64,000 bases of DNA from Azolla caroliniana (GCA_043228905.1 JBHGNT010000001.1:36456001-36520000), one strand, 5' to 3'. Shown: positions 42,501-55,699, counted from the first letter of the stretch. Numbers and translations: made by a program. The notes: generated by a model not told the origin, from the sequence alone.

Positions 42501-43042
42501 CCATGGATTCAATGAGGAAAGTAACCTCATCTGCTTTGGGGATGGCTGCTATGAAGGCAAAGCTTCTTGCTGATCAAGAAGAAAGAGAGGTGCAACGATT
42601 GGGCGCAATAATCGTGGACAACCAGGTATTGTCGAGAATCTGAGCAAATATCTTTATTTTTATTTTTTGATGTGTTGGTAATTGATGAAATATCTTTATC
42701 TCTATTTCTTTTAAACAGTTGAAAAAGTTAAGCTTGAAGCTAAAGCAGCTGGGAGACATTGATGTTGTGGTTGAAAAAGAGAGAGAACAAATGGAGAGGA
42801 ATCGGCAACGTCTAGCAGCAGATAGGATACGGTTTGCTAATAGCCACCTTGGGTCAATGATGCCCCCGCATCAGCAAATGATTGTCCCATCAAATGTTAA
42901 TGTGAAACCGACTGGTCCCATTGTACCCCCTGCACCACCCATACCTACCGTGTCATCAGGTGGAATCCATCCAACGCAAATGCTTCGGCCAGCCATGTAC
43001 AAATTTGGTCCTGGTGGTATGCAAATGCTTGATGGTACATGA
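36582..43042 (+). CDS. SWI3C: SWI/SNF complex subunit SWI3C-like (SWIRM, ZZ finger, SANT, coiled coil; 805 aa)
   Basis: Exons 36582-36615, 37830-38498, 38593-39155, 40000-40461, 40580-40674, 42257-42363, 42462-42625, 42719-43042 (2418 nt). Motifs LLENISHGQLQVIS, SWIRM (PTHASWFAWDHIHKLER...WGLVNY), ZZ cysteines, SANT (WSDHETLLLLEALEIHGDNW), NPVMSLVAFLAATVGPRVAA, AAMKAKLLADQEEREVQRL. The first micro-exon is less certain. Confidence 0.93.
40721..40840 (+). mobile_element. Putative tRNA-derived SINE fragment (copy B) in a SWI3 intron
   Basis: A-box-like TGCTCAGTCGTAAGA and B-box GGTTCAATCCC at tRNA-like spacing, then catctagtaatttagtgcaat. No intact cloverleaf. Confidence 0.55.
41403..41740. repeat. 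Nested/shuffled tandem duplications in SWI3 intron 5
   Basis: Modules 'gaggaatctagatgcagttatctaatatgtgaattcccttgccaccaccatg' (3x) and 'tatgttggtgtagagtctgaagagtctgctatctcgttga' (3x) occur in mosaic order. Confidence 0.95.
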
Positions 43043-43089
43043 TATCAATAGCCCAACTTTTTGATGTGTTTAAGAATTTTTTAAACCAT

Positions 43090-43290
43090 ATCTAGACGAT
43101 AGAGATGTTCATTCAAGTAGGGTATGTGCCATTCAAAGTGGAAATGTATCACTAAATCTGGACAAAGGAAAAGCTCATTAGAATAGGGTATATGCTTATT
43201 CAGAAGTGGGATGGAAATGTATCACTATATTTAGACAATAGAGAAGCTCATTAGAACATGGTATCTGATATTCAAAAGTGGGATATACTG
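43090..43290. repeat. Degenerate ~73-bp tandem repeat in the SWI3 3' region
   Basis: tggaaatgtatcacta.at.t.gacaa.....aagctcattagaa...ggtat repeated, about 2.5-3 copies. Confidence 0.75.
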
Positions 43291-43579
43291 ACCACTTGTG
43301 GATAGAGAGAGGTGCAAGGACTTCCTGATATGGTATCGTGTTCACACTGAAACCTCAACCAACCGGTGTCATTGGACATCTGATACATGTCCATCCATAC
43401 CTATTAATTACTCGATGGAGAGTGAGTTTTTTATGGAACCATGTAAACATCATGGATGCAATACAAAAGGTTGATTTTCTTATTTTGGTCTATTTGTTGA
43501 CAATGAGGCAGCATCATGGCCCTAATCGCGTGGTCTATTTTCTATGTTCGTTTCCATAGGAAAAATGTTTTCAGTCTCT

Positions 43580-43900
43580 ATTGTGGTGAACACCTTGTAT
43601 TTTTAAAGTGACAAAACGGAACATCCAAGTTCCTTAGAGAGGGAAGGTCATCATGATATGAAAGCACATGCGATAAGTAAACCTTCTTTTTAAGATATTG
43701 TTCTTTCAACCAAGGGTGTGTGACTTCATTGGTACACTGAAATAAACCAGTGATCGTCTCTTCATGGCAATTATAGTTTTGGCATAAATAATCAATAGTC
43801 CTAGCATTATTTGTGGACTGGTAAAACAGTCTGTAAGAGATGCATCCGAAATTACTACAGCTTATGAAAAAGTGGATCTGTAGTAGTTTCAAAATATTAT
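43580..43900 (-). mobile_element. Possible non-LTR retrotransposon (LINE) zinc-knuckle remnant
   Basis: LCQNYNCHEETITGLFQCTNEVTHPW resembles the zf-RVT pattern C..C...ET..HLF..C......W. Confidence 0.35.
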
Positions 43901-44939
43901 TTGTTTAAATAACTCAAGTAAGAGTGAAAGATATCATCAAAATGGAAGTTGTTTGGTGCTGAGTTGGTGGAAGTAAGATTTAGAATTTCTGCTAGAGCCG
44001 TGATGGAGGATTTGTTCTCTGTGAGGGTAGAAGCATCAATTAATGTAGGATTCATTTGAACTGCAAAACGAAAAGAATATAGAAGATAATTGAAACTTTT
44101 GAGGATGAACATGATATTTTGTTAGACCTCTTCCTCACATCTCAAGTATGAATAACATCAATGTGGAGGATATCCTGAAGTTCAAGTATGGATATTTACT
44201 TTTGTGTATGATGCATGCTTCTCATCCATGTTGAACATTGCTAACTAGAATACCTTATTCAAAAAGTTTGAATATGGTGTTGTAGTGTATGCTTATCTAA
44301 TGAATGGAGAAACCTAATTGTCAATGGTTTAGGGTATGGACAAAAAACACATATGTACTTGAAATAAAAGAGTGAAATTTAAAACATATTATCATATTTT
44401 AAAATCTAGAACTAAGTCCCGAACCGTTAATTACCCTCAACATTAATCAAGATTAATGGACATTCCAACACGTAATAATCCAAACATGTTAATTGTAATC
44501 TATCTCTCTAATCAAACACCCTAACCATGAATGTAGGCTTAATTTACAACTTTTTATCTGAAATCTCTTCAATGATCTCTTCTTATTCTGCCCATTCCAC
44601 CTTATTCAGTTAATCGACTGTCTTATCTTAACCCATCTATTGATATCTTATGATCCTACCTTGATCCCTTGCGTGGTTCATCCACTTATCCTTATGTGAT
44701 ACCATTCAATAGTCTCTTTTATGGCCCCATCACGCATCTCATCTTAATCCAGTTCTCTGGTCCTAGGAGTCCTTTCGATAATCTCTTCACTTCAATCGAG
44801 CCTGCTAATTAAGAGTGGGATCACTAATTAGCTCTAGTCAAGTGCAATTAGCACTAAAAAAGGTAGAACTTTTGAATTACGGATACTAAGACAGACGAAC
44901 AGACAGACAGAGATAGAGATAGATAAAAGACAGATAGAG

Positions 44940-47900
44940 ATGAGCGTAACCATCCACAGCTTGGCCACTGTGCCCCTAAATGCATGCATCCATCGCCCGT
45001 TATCTTCTTCTGTTCTTCCAAGGAGGGGGAAAGCAGAAAAGCTATGGCTTCCTCTTCAACATCTTAGTTCTTCTTTTTCTTCATCAAACACTAATTTATT
45101 CAGCAGAATTTCGGCATCAGACAAGAACACGTATTCTGTTTCTGCTCCAGAAAGAGAAGAATCGAATGAAAGATTGAATCGAGCTCTCTCTTTTGCGACC
45201 AGTTTATATCCTGTGTATGTGACTGTTGGAGGCATTATTGCTTTCACAAATCCTTATGTCTTTACATGGTTTGTGAGGAGAGGTCCTTCTTCTTATAGTC
45301 TTTCTTTGGCTACCATTATGCTATCTATGGGGCTTTCACTTCGCCTTGAAGAGCTTCTCAGTGTCATCACAAATCGCCCATTTCAGGTATTATATATATA
45401 TTCCTTAAACCTTTTTCACATCGTTTTGCATTTAATCTAGTGTTAGCTTTAAGTGGGTAATTACTAGATTAGATAGTTAAAACTTCTTATCATAAGTGGG
45501 GAATTACTAGATTTCGATGGTTAAATATTTTTGTCCCAATGTTAGGTTGAGGTGGAGAATTGTTAGATTTGGATAGTTCAAAGTTGTTGCTAATATAGCT
45601 GTCGGACAATGTTAGGTTTAAGGTATGAAATTGGATAGTTATTGGCTAGTGTTACGTTTATGTGTTTAATTATTAACTTTATCATTACATTTCTAAAATA
45701 GATGGTTGTTTGGCTAGTGTTAGGGATAAGGGTTAAGTTGATGGTGAATTAGGATTAATTTGGGAAATTACAAAAGTAGACAGTCAAATTGTAATTAAGT
45801 GGGTAATTGTTATTATTTGTTGGGTAATGCTAGGATTAAGTGGGTAATTGTAATTAATTGTTGGGTAATGTTAAGGTTAAGTGGGTAATTGTAATTAATT
45901 GTTGGGTAATGTTATGGTTAAGTGGGTAATTGTAATTAATTGTTGGGTAATGTTACAGTTAAGTGGGTAATTATAATTAATTGTTGGGTAATGTTATGGT
46001 TAAGTGGGTAATTGTAATTAATTGTTGGGTAATGTTAGGGTTAAGTGGGTAATTACTAAAGTGGACAGTTAAGTTGCCGGTTATTGTTGAGAGTTCAGAA
46101 AATAGTTTCTCCTACACTACAACTTCAATTCAAAACAAATTGGATTCAAGTCTATCATAAATTTGATTGTATGCAAAAAAACTTTATTTGATTTCAGGAT
46201 GTGAAGAGTGTAGTGTATTGATATATGTGTGTGTGTACACAGTTGCTGTTTGGTTGTGCTTCACAATATGTACTCATGCCTTTACTTGGAGTTTTCATAA
46301 GCAAAGCATTGGGTTTATCCTCTACCTTATCAGCAGGTCTTATTCTATTAAGTTGTTGTCCGGGTGGCACCGCATCGAATGTAGTAAGGATTTACAATAA
46401 TCTCTTCTGATCTACTGTTTTCCATTCATGCAAGATTTTCTTAGAATCATATACATTCATGTTTGTTTCGTTCTTCTAAAGTGTAAAATAAATAACATGA
46501 TAAATATGATCTTTTTACTAAATGTACATTATATATGCTAAAAATAAGAATGACTATTTATTAAGCATAGTCCGTTGAGGATTATATGATGAATGAAGTT
46601 ATGAAGAGATCTAACTTTGTAGGTAACCTATATAGCTCATGGTGATGTTCCTCTTTCCATAGTGATGACTATTTGCACTACATTTTCTGCCGTTTTTGCG
46701 ACTCCTTTATTGACACAATATCTTGCCGGAGCTTATGTTCCAGTTGATGCAGCAGGACTGGCCCTTAGCACTCTTCAAGTAAGCAATAATCCATGTGGAA
46801 AAGCTATAATTGTTTTTGAGAAAAACTGTGACATACTCCCCCAGTCTTTTGAATGCCTTTGATTTTTCGTTATTTCCCCTGAACACCCTGACCCTATCAT
46901 TTGCTTGAATAGCACATATAATTGTGCTTTCAGGGGTAGACGAAGGGCATCTATGGAATAATGGAACCTAAGGGCATTTGGGCAATAAAAAAAATCCATT
47001 GGTATATTTCTTTGCATTTTTGAGCTCTTGATGGTAAATGGCTTCTTTGTATTTTTTTTGTAGGTGGTTCTTGCGCCAGTTCTTCTAGGAGCATGGTTGC
47101 AAAGTACTTTCCCCAACATAGTAAAGAAGATCGTTCCGTTCTCTCCACTGATTGCAGTTCTCATTTCCTCACTGCTGGCATCCAGGTGATTCCTTTTTTA
47201 CAATATATATCTATATATATCTATATATCTATATATATACATATGTGTGTGTGAGAGCATATGTATGTATGTACATGTACATGTGTCTATATGCATGCGT
47301 GCATTTTTTGTGCACAAATAGTATGCATAGTAGTGGGAACCTGAATAGGAAATGAAAACCCACAAAAGAAAAGAATATTATGGTGTCAAAAAGCACCCAT
47401 AGAAATATTGAAAGGATGCCTAATGGAAGGTAATGTATGCTTGGACGATAATAAAAGAGAATCGTCAATCCTTAGCAAAGGCAACTTACCACCTTAGAAT
47501 AAGAGGCTTTTTTGTCATGCTAAACAACCGCCTCATGATAAGAGGTGTTTTTTGTTATGCTAAGCAGACTTTTTTATAGTTCTGGGAAAAAGTGACTTTG
47601 ATTTTTGTATTAATTCTGGACCTTATTTGATGATTTCAATATTGGCAGTGTGTTTTCGGCAAATATCGGGCTTTTAGGTGGCTCTAAGGTTGCAACATTG
47701 TTTCTTCTAGCTCCGGCAGTACTATTGCTCCATGCTGGCGGGTTTTTACTTGGGTAATTTACAACATACAAAAATGATTCATGTTAATTAATACCTTCTC
47801 TAAATTTCATACTTTGAAAAAGAAAATGGAAAAGACAAAAAATAAAAAGAAATTGTTTCAAATAGCACATTTTGACAAACAAAAAAAATCTCTGAGTTTT

Positions 47901-48520
47901 GCAGCGATTTGGAAATTTTGAATTTGGGTTTTCTTATTGTTGTTGTTGTTATTGCAGTTATCTAGTTTCGATGCTAACTAGTCTTGGAGAATCCCAACGA
48001 CGGGCTATTTCAATAGAAGTACTCATTTTGTTATCTTGTTTTTTCTGCCTTAACCGAGCAGTATCTCCCATGTTTCTAATAATATAACATGCTGAAAAAG
48101 GAATATAAATGTACAAGAATGCGTGTGTTGGCCTTTTGACACTTTTGACTTTCATGCCATATGGTTCTGCATTTAATAGGAATCTATTGTAAAGAGTGTT
48201 TTGTGTATGGTATATATATATGTTAACCATTTGAATGTGTTAGATTATCGTGAGGTGCAGTTGCCTTGTTTTAGTCTTTGATATGAATAATGAAAGTCCT
48301 TGTCGTGGTCTTGGATATGAATAATGTTGAAGTAATGATCGTTCATGTGTAGGTTGGGATGCAAAATTCATCACTTGGGGTTGTCTTGGCAACATCACAC
48401 TTCAGCTCTCCACTTGTTGCTATGCCAGGCGCAGTGTCGGCAGTACTTATGAATATAATGGGGAGTGGTTTGGCGGTTATCTGGAAAAACTTTAATCCAT
48501 CCAAGAAACAAGGTGAATGA
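44940..48520 (+). CDS. Plastid bile acid:sodium symporter family (BASS) metabolite transporter, BASS1-like (399 aa)
   Basis: Exons 44940-45386, 46243-46383, 46623-46778, 47064-47185, 47649-47753, 47958-48018, 48353-48520 (1200 nt). Transit peptide; motifs [60 protein letters not shown]. Confidence 0.95.
45795..46055. repeat. 41-bp minisatellite (~6.4 copies) in BASS intron 1
   Basis: Unit ttaagtgggtaattgtaattaattgttgggtaatgtta(a/t/g)gg in tandem; degenerate relatives extend upstream to about 45440. Confidence 0.95.
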
Positions 48521-50169
48521 AGTTCCTCTGGTTGAAGCTTGAAATTAGATTATAACCAAAATTCATACAAGTAAATATGAATATAGAACAAACCAATTAT
48601 TTCATTTCAAGACAAAGTGTTTGTTTTCAACAAAGTCAAAGCTCAAACCTGTTTCTGCATATGCTAGCTTTAATTAATGTAGTCCTCAATATGGGAAAGC
48701 TAATCAACATGTAACTTTTGGTCCTTACATAACTGGAGTTCAGGGTTCAACTCTCACTATACCCTCGGTTGTAACAAAGAAGCAATTGACCTTCCATTAA
48801 GACATAAAAAAACAGCATTGTAATGGAGGAAATATGCTACATTAAGAAGGAAAAATTGCTGTAATGCAAAGATTTATCAGCTTATATACACAAGTTCTAT
48901 CCTGTCTTAAATGATGCTCATGTAAATGAGTTCAAGAAGTTAACCTTCACGTTAATATCATTGCTATAAATTGAAAAGGGTAAGAAAAGCATGACCACAA
49001 ATCTCGAAAGCATAGGTTCCCAATTTGAAATTAAGAGCCTTGTTACTGTTACATTGTGAATCAATCACTACCCATAGAAGAAGTGCAGGCCATGATTCTC
49101 GTAGTGGATGAGTTGAAGAGAATAATTATTAATGTAGGTTTGAGTCTACATGCAGCGCTTTTAATGAATCAACAGGTGAAACAAAACACCCTACCATACA
49201 TGAATCTAGCTGTATATGTTTCAAGGAAATCAAGGCTTCCTCAGGGTCCAAATCTAACATTTTTTTGAATCATTTGGCATGAGCTCGACAAGAATCATGG
49301 GACATTCAAATGTGAGGATTAACCCTATAACCTCACATTACTCTACTCCTGAGGAATTGTTTTCGTTATGTAAAATAAGTCAAGGAATGGCACGTTTAAT
49401 GGTTGTCTCATCCTTCCAAGTGTGGCACTTGCTTCTGTAAAGCCCTTCACACGAAATTTGCTGCAAATATTAGTAGTAAGTGGTGAAATGGTTTTCCAAG
49501 CATCAGGAACTGGTGAAACATATGAGACGATATAAACATTCCCTGTCGGTATATCCAGGGAAACAATACGAGAATTGCCGGTGAATAATACTCTTTAGAT
49601 GACTCTCATGAAAGCAGTTGAACCAAGAAGCTATTGACATGCAGAACCCTAGCCCCATTTCCATAACATAACAATATAAAATTGTGGTAGACCGTCCACC
49701 GGCAAACATATGTAGACTCTCTCTAGCTAGGCTCATCGACTCTTTCCGTATGCTCTCGGAACATGTATGCAGTGTTTCCTATCTAGCGATTGATATGCAC
49801 TGTTTGTTGTCTACATAACAAAAATAAAATCATGTCTAAGGATATTCCTCAGATTAGGTTTGAGGCATGTCCTGTTAGCTTGTGAGATCAAAATTTGTCA
49901 AACGTTAAAGAATCAAGCAATTCTACTCAAACACATGTGGAGATGAAGACATGCTTGGCTAGAAAGACGTGCGTACATTATTAATGACACCACCAGAGTC
50001 ATTTTCTCAAAAAAGAAGGGCATATCAAGATGAGCGAGTAAGGTCAATGGAGAGGGAAGGAAGAAACAAAGAGTGATTGATAGAAAGTGTCCAACCACAA
50101 AGCTCTCAATGGCAGGAGGATTGTCTAATGTGGTGTCGAATGTGGTACAATCGTAACTACCACCTGACT

Positions 50170-52352
50170 TTAGCTAGTGGAAGTAGTGGAGAACTTTTTG
50201 AGGATAGTTTGACATTGGGGAGAGAGGTAAGGTGTGAGGTCACCACCCACCCCGCCCACCACGAACTTGGTAGGAGGAGCCAGGAAGAGCTTCCGGCCGC
50301 GGGAAGCAATGCTCGGGTGGGGATGGATGGCCCCGATCTTGTGGAGGCGCTCCGTGGCACCATCCCTACTCAACGGAATGCACACCATTATGACGCAAGT
50401 CGCGGTGCGCTTGTGGGGCTGCTCGCTGTTGCCTAACAAGACCAACGTAATGTCGGAGATCGGCACTGTTTTTTTGGGCTCATACCCCTTGAAGTTGTGA
50501 ATGCCGGGCGCGGCCACCATCATTCCACCTTGCCATCCGCGATGGTCGGTGTCGCCGTAATATGCGTGGATCGGCAGATTGTCCGTCAAATCGCTATCAT
50601 GAAGTAGGTTGATGGTTTGAAGTCCCACCTTGAGCTCATACCTCACACCATCCTTCCCATCTGCAATCTTCACCAATGACCCTTTCGTGGTTTGTGCGGA
50701 GATGATCAAGCTACCGTCGTCCTCCACATCCTTCACAGTTGCCAAGTAATCCTTCACCAACACATAGCTCTCCGAGAAGTACCTACAATCATAGGGAAAA
50801 AAAGAAGCAAATGATTTACAAGCACTCATCCATGGGCATACACACACATTAGATGTTTCAAACTTCGTACCGACGGAATTGAGCTCGGCTCGTGTCAGGA
50901 TCTGCAAAAAGGTCGGGCGCCCATGAAATTCCAGGCACTTCATAGCCTTCGTACTCTGCTGCACACAAGTTGATGAGGAGGTGTGACACATGATCTTGTG
51001 TATGTAGAAGCTTGGCCAATGCCACAAGCTGGGCATCAACAGTTTGTCCTGTCATTCATGGTCCAAAGTTCAGTCGAAAATTACATATCATTATGTTCAC
51101 ACATACACTTCCGAAGTTCACTCCAAATTTACATGTCATTCATGTGTGGATACCAATATGTTCACACATACACTTTTGTGTGCGAATGCACACACACACA
51201 CACACATCTTTAGTTATATATGTTTGCATTGTGTGCTATTTGTTGTGTGGTGCCTGGATTTCGTTTCTAATATATATATATATATATATGCATATTAGTA
51301 AATTTAGGGTAATGTAACGGATCTCTGACATGACATTATGTTGGTCTTGTCTCACCTGTCTCGAGTGAGTACTCTCCTTTGAAGCCGATGAGTCCCAAGA
51401 CGCCGAGGACACGATCCTCCTCGCTCGATGCATAGCGCACCCGGATTTGCTTCACAAGTGTCTCCATGTGAATGTCCTCGATGCCAGCCGCGATCTCTCC
51501 GAAAGCTTCATAAAACTCCTCGAAAAGCTTGACGGACACGTCCTTGTATCCATGGACATGGACATGGAGGAGCGTTCCCATCATCTCGAAATAAGCCATG
51601 CCACCCAAGAAGTATAGGTTGCCACTGGCCTTGCGCCGGCTAAAATCTCCGATACTTGTGCCGGTGGGGATGAGGGAGTTGACTGACAGATCCTCTCCAC
51701 TGTCCCAATCGATCCACGCCTTGTCCTCAACATGCGAATTCGGGTCCTCTTTGATGAACTTGACGACCTCGTCATCGAATTTCTCGACGAGGAAGTAGAG
51801 TTTCTCGGGTAGGATGTATTCTTGAAGCGTCCACACGCGGGTGAACCAACGCGGGAGAGTGTTGGTGGTCGTGAGGCCCTTGTATCCGTTGGGAGAACCC
51901 ATCCCATGGGGCGCGACATAGCATGCATTGCTCAAGCTGTAGAAACCCCCCATGTAATGCATCTCAGATGCCATCTCAATGCTGTCATATTGGTTTATGC
52001 ACACCCCGTCGAGCCACACATACTTGACACCATCGGCATACAGGTAGGACAAGAACTCGATGACCGACGCGTAGTAGGATTTCTCGGAGAAATCTATACC
52101 GCTGATCGTTTCCATGTAGATCTTCCCGTCGGGGTCGTTCTCCCTCTTCCATCCAATCCCTGCAAGGACAGCTGAACAATCCGATACTAGTAGTCGGAAT
52201 GGATCTGTCCATGTGTGGGAAATGATGTGGAAATCCCAGTTTGTTGGTACCATGAAGCAGAAGGTCTTCTTGCTCTCTATTGTTGCCTTCAAGTCCAACA
52301 ACCTCTTAGGATATACTTCATCATTTCGGTAAATTTCTTCCTTCTTCACCAT
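50170..52352 (-). CDS. HET-domain (fungal heterokaryon-incompatibility type, TIR-like) protein with unknown C-terminal region (595 aa)
   Basis: Exons 52352-51356, 51048-50871, 50782-50170 (1788 nt, phase 1 and phase 2 GT-AG introns, no stops). HET motifs: PKRLLDL, IISHTW, YVWLDGVCINQYDSIEMASEMHYMGGFYS..ACYV, RWFTRVWTLQE, RYASSEEDRVLGVLGL, PGISWAP. Confidence 0.88.
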
Positions 52353-53538
52353 TTTGATTCTCGTCCGGCCAGCAAGGTCTGTGTTTACACCATTCAAATA
52401 CAAAAAGGAGCCATCATCAATATTAAGTTTCACACATGTCACTCCTAGCTGTATAAAACAAATCATCCTCACCACTTTATACAAATTTAATAAATGAGCA
52501 GTCACACAAACTCAATTGTCCATACAATAGTGTTATTGCAAGCATAATTCACATTGAATCGTCTTAATGCTTTTCCATACATTAGTTTAGCTTGAATTCT
52601 AACAAATTCTATGGGCACAAAAGACTGACCGGCTTCATGTGAGTTGCGTTATTAGTCAGCCTTTTGTAAATCACCATTATGCATAAGTATGCAACATGGT
52701 GTTGAAGGATGGTAATAATACCCACCGAATTTCGCTACTTCAAATCAAATGGCAATTCTAGACACAATTTGCTCATAATTTCAACTTTTTAGCTTTAAAT
52801 TAATGGTTAAGTACACTCTAGGTAGTAGTGGGAGATGGGGGCATTATCTCTGGACCAAGTCACTGAAGCCATATTAGATCTTCACTAAAATACATGTGAA
52901 CGTTATGGATTTGCATTTTTTATTACAAGAATTATGAGAGAAATGCAAATTTGTTGGCCTGTGTAGACAATGAATGGATGATATGCATATGATCAATGGA
53001 TCTAGAGCTGAAAATAGTTACCATGACTACAAGACTCTTGAGATTTGATAACCTGGATGAGTAATGTGTCAAAAGTCTTGTGGAATCATGAATGCAAGGC
53101 ACAACTCAATTGTACAATGCATATGAGATGTGGGAAGAATCATGCAGCAGTCTTTGTGAGGTGAGATTTATCTATGCTCACAATAATAACTAGAATAAGA
53201 ATGTGTTCTGAATTTATCCTAGCTGATTGATACTTACTACATTAGCTTAATTACAAAGACGATATGTTGGTTTGCACATTATGTGAGGGTAAATCGAGAC
53301 TCGGATCATTAGAATTGCCTCAAAATTATGAAGGTTTTAACATTAATCATGCAACATAGCGCTTAGAATGATGTGATGCACATATCGCGCAAGACTTCTA
53401 CGATGTGGTTCAAAATTTCCATGGGGGGATTAGAATTGATTGAACACACATTGAGAAGGATTAACAACAAAAACAAAGGTAAACTAAGAGCATTGAAATG
53501 TAATGAAAAGAGAGAGAGAGAGAGGGATCAGCACTGAA

Positions 53539-53635
53539 CCTGAGGATTAAAAGATGAGGCAACTGAACTGGGGGTAGAAGGGGAGCAAACAACACACATG
53601 GGTGAAATAAGAGTAAGGTGGTGTTTATTTATATG
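53539..53635 (-). promoter_or_regulatory. Putative TATA box and non-coding first exon of the HET gene
   Basis: Minus-strand ATATAAATAAA at about 53634-53624, a donor-like CAG|GTTCAG at about 53539, and an acceptor CAG at 52381-52379 just upstream of the ATG. This implies a ~1.16-kb 5'UTR intron. Confidence 0.45.
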
Positions 53636-55699
53636 AGGTTGGGGGATGCAATGTGGCACTGGCTACCCTCTTTTTTCTTTCTTTCTTTTTCTCGAGAGAA
53701 AAAGGAGCATCTCTTATTTCAATCACATGCTCTTCTCTCGGTACTAATGATATTATTATCTTTAGTTTGCATTATCTTCATCGATTCATGTGATCTTATC
53801 TTCTCCATGGCCATGGACATGGCCATGTCCATGTCTCACCCATTACCATTACTAACACGAGTCACGACCTTTCAGTAAACATAACCCAGTGAAGAAGGCC
53901 TCTACTTTTTAGTGGCCCACCCCACCCTACCCTATAAAAAACAATAACATTCCTTATCACATGGAACTTTATGTTTCACCTTTCAACATAATAGAAAAGC
54001 TTGCAAATTTTGTCTTTCACCTAATCTTATGTATAGGACAACTCTCAAAAATATCTCTGAGTCTTTATTTCCATAAGCTTCAATAAGACTCATGTAAGCA
54101 CAACCTTCTTGCTCTCATAAAATAATTGGCCTAAAAGACAGGGCACTAAAATCTACAATACATGTTAATGATGAGTTGAATGTGTGTGTAGCAATTATGC
54201 ACAACCACCAAACATTTCCACACATCTCACCATCAAAATGCTACTCCGTAATTTATAAACCGTGATCATAATTCCAAGAGAAACAATTAAGGATAATATC
54301 GAATCTATCCCAAAATAATGGCAAAAAATATATAATCAAATTCATTAAATATAATCTCATTATGATTAATGAGATTGTTTCTTTTCTTGTCTGTCATAAG
54401 AGTATTTTATGAATTAAAGAAGAGGACGATACATACAAAGAGTGTGCACTTCTCCGTCACATTCAAATCAAGAGAAGAAACTGGATATGTAGATAGATAT
54501 ATATTACCTTTTTTATTTATTTACTAGGGTCGACTTGTGTATTTTACGATTAAAAGGGCAGATTTGAAATAACGTGCTAGTTTGTGGGGGGGTATATTTA
54601 ATGTTTTGGCTTTTTATGTGACTACATTGGTGTGTATTGCCTTAATATCATTTACAATCTACTCTTGGGTTTATTCTACCGACCCTTTCTTTCTTTCATT
54701 ATCCATTGTATTTAATCAAGTGGGTTCACTCCCCTAGAAGCTCCTGTCGCGTAAAGATAACTTCGTACTATTATTATTATGATAGGTTTTTCACATGTGT
54801 CCATATACATACATATACGAGGCCCGAACATCTAGTACGTACTGGTTTTTGCTTCATCATGACTCACGTCTTCAAGCATCGTACCAAATTATAGAGATAT
54901 TTTTGAGTTCACCCCCTTGTTTTTCGTGACATGTTTAGGACAAAGTTCAATATTTATAATATGTATTAGAAACCGGATGTTATATATTATTGGTGCTAGA
55001 TCTAGACAAGCATGATGCTTACACACTTCTTAATAACAAAAGCATGGCCTCCTTAGTGGACCCGCGCTTAATTGAGTAGTGGGATTCAATGCTCAATCAA
55101 GACAAAAAAAACACTCGTGTGACATCAAAATGAACAACATATCAAGGTAGAAATACATCAACCTCGTCCTTGATAACAAACACCTTAGCAACCCACTCTC
55201 CCATGGATGTTAAAAGAAGAAAATGTTTCCTCTATCTCTTTGCGCTTTCCTTCCATTGTATATAAGTTTTAACATTTGTTGCGTATGTACGACACATTCT
55301 ATCTATTCCTACTTTCTTGGCCTTCTCCTATGTATAAACCATTGAACAATGTTGCAAGTGCTAGCAAAATTTCGTTCCTATTGAAATCCAAACTTGATTG
55401 ATAAACTAGTATTGACATCTCCTTGAGCTTAATAAAGGCCCTATCATGTCTAAATTATGGTCATGACTCATAACCAATCGTGGAAGGCATAGTGATCTTG
55501 TAAGCTTAAAGGGCCAAGTGACTTCAAACTTGGCTAATGACCCCCAAATCTTTGTTGTTTCATGAAACTAGTTTGAAACTCATTTGGTGGTCTTTTCTAG
55601 GTCATGGCAATATTTTCTTTTTGATTTCTTGTGCCTACCCAAAGGGCACTTCCATTAAGCAAATGTTCATCTTTTGAACTTGAATAAACTTTGAATTCT

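Noticed and set aside
50170-52352. HET gene as fungal contamination
   Set aside because: Its introns and flanks carry the same AT-rich, microsatellite-laden style as neighbouring plant genes with no abrupt junction. Read-level confirmation is still needed.
7375-52352. AOC + BASS + HET as a defence/jasmonate gene cluster
   Set aside because: They are separated by unrelated housekeeping genes (HGPRT, RabD, SWI3) and there is no evidence of co-regulation.
51581-52448. Overlapping alternative-frame and antisense ORFs across the HET exon
   Set aside because: Expected by-product of GC-rich coding sequence; no motifs.
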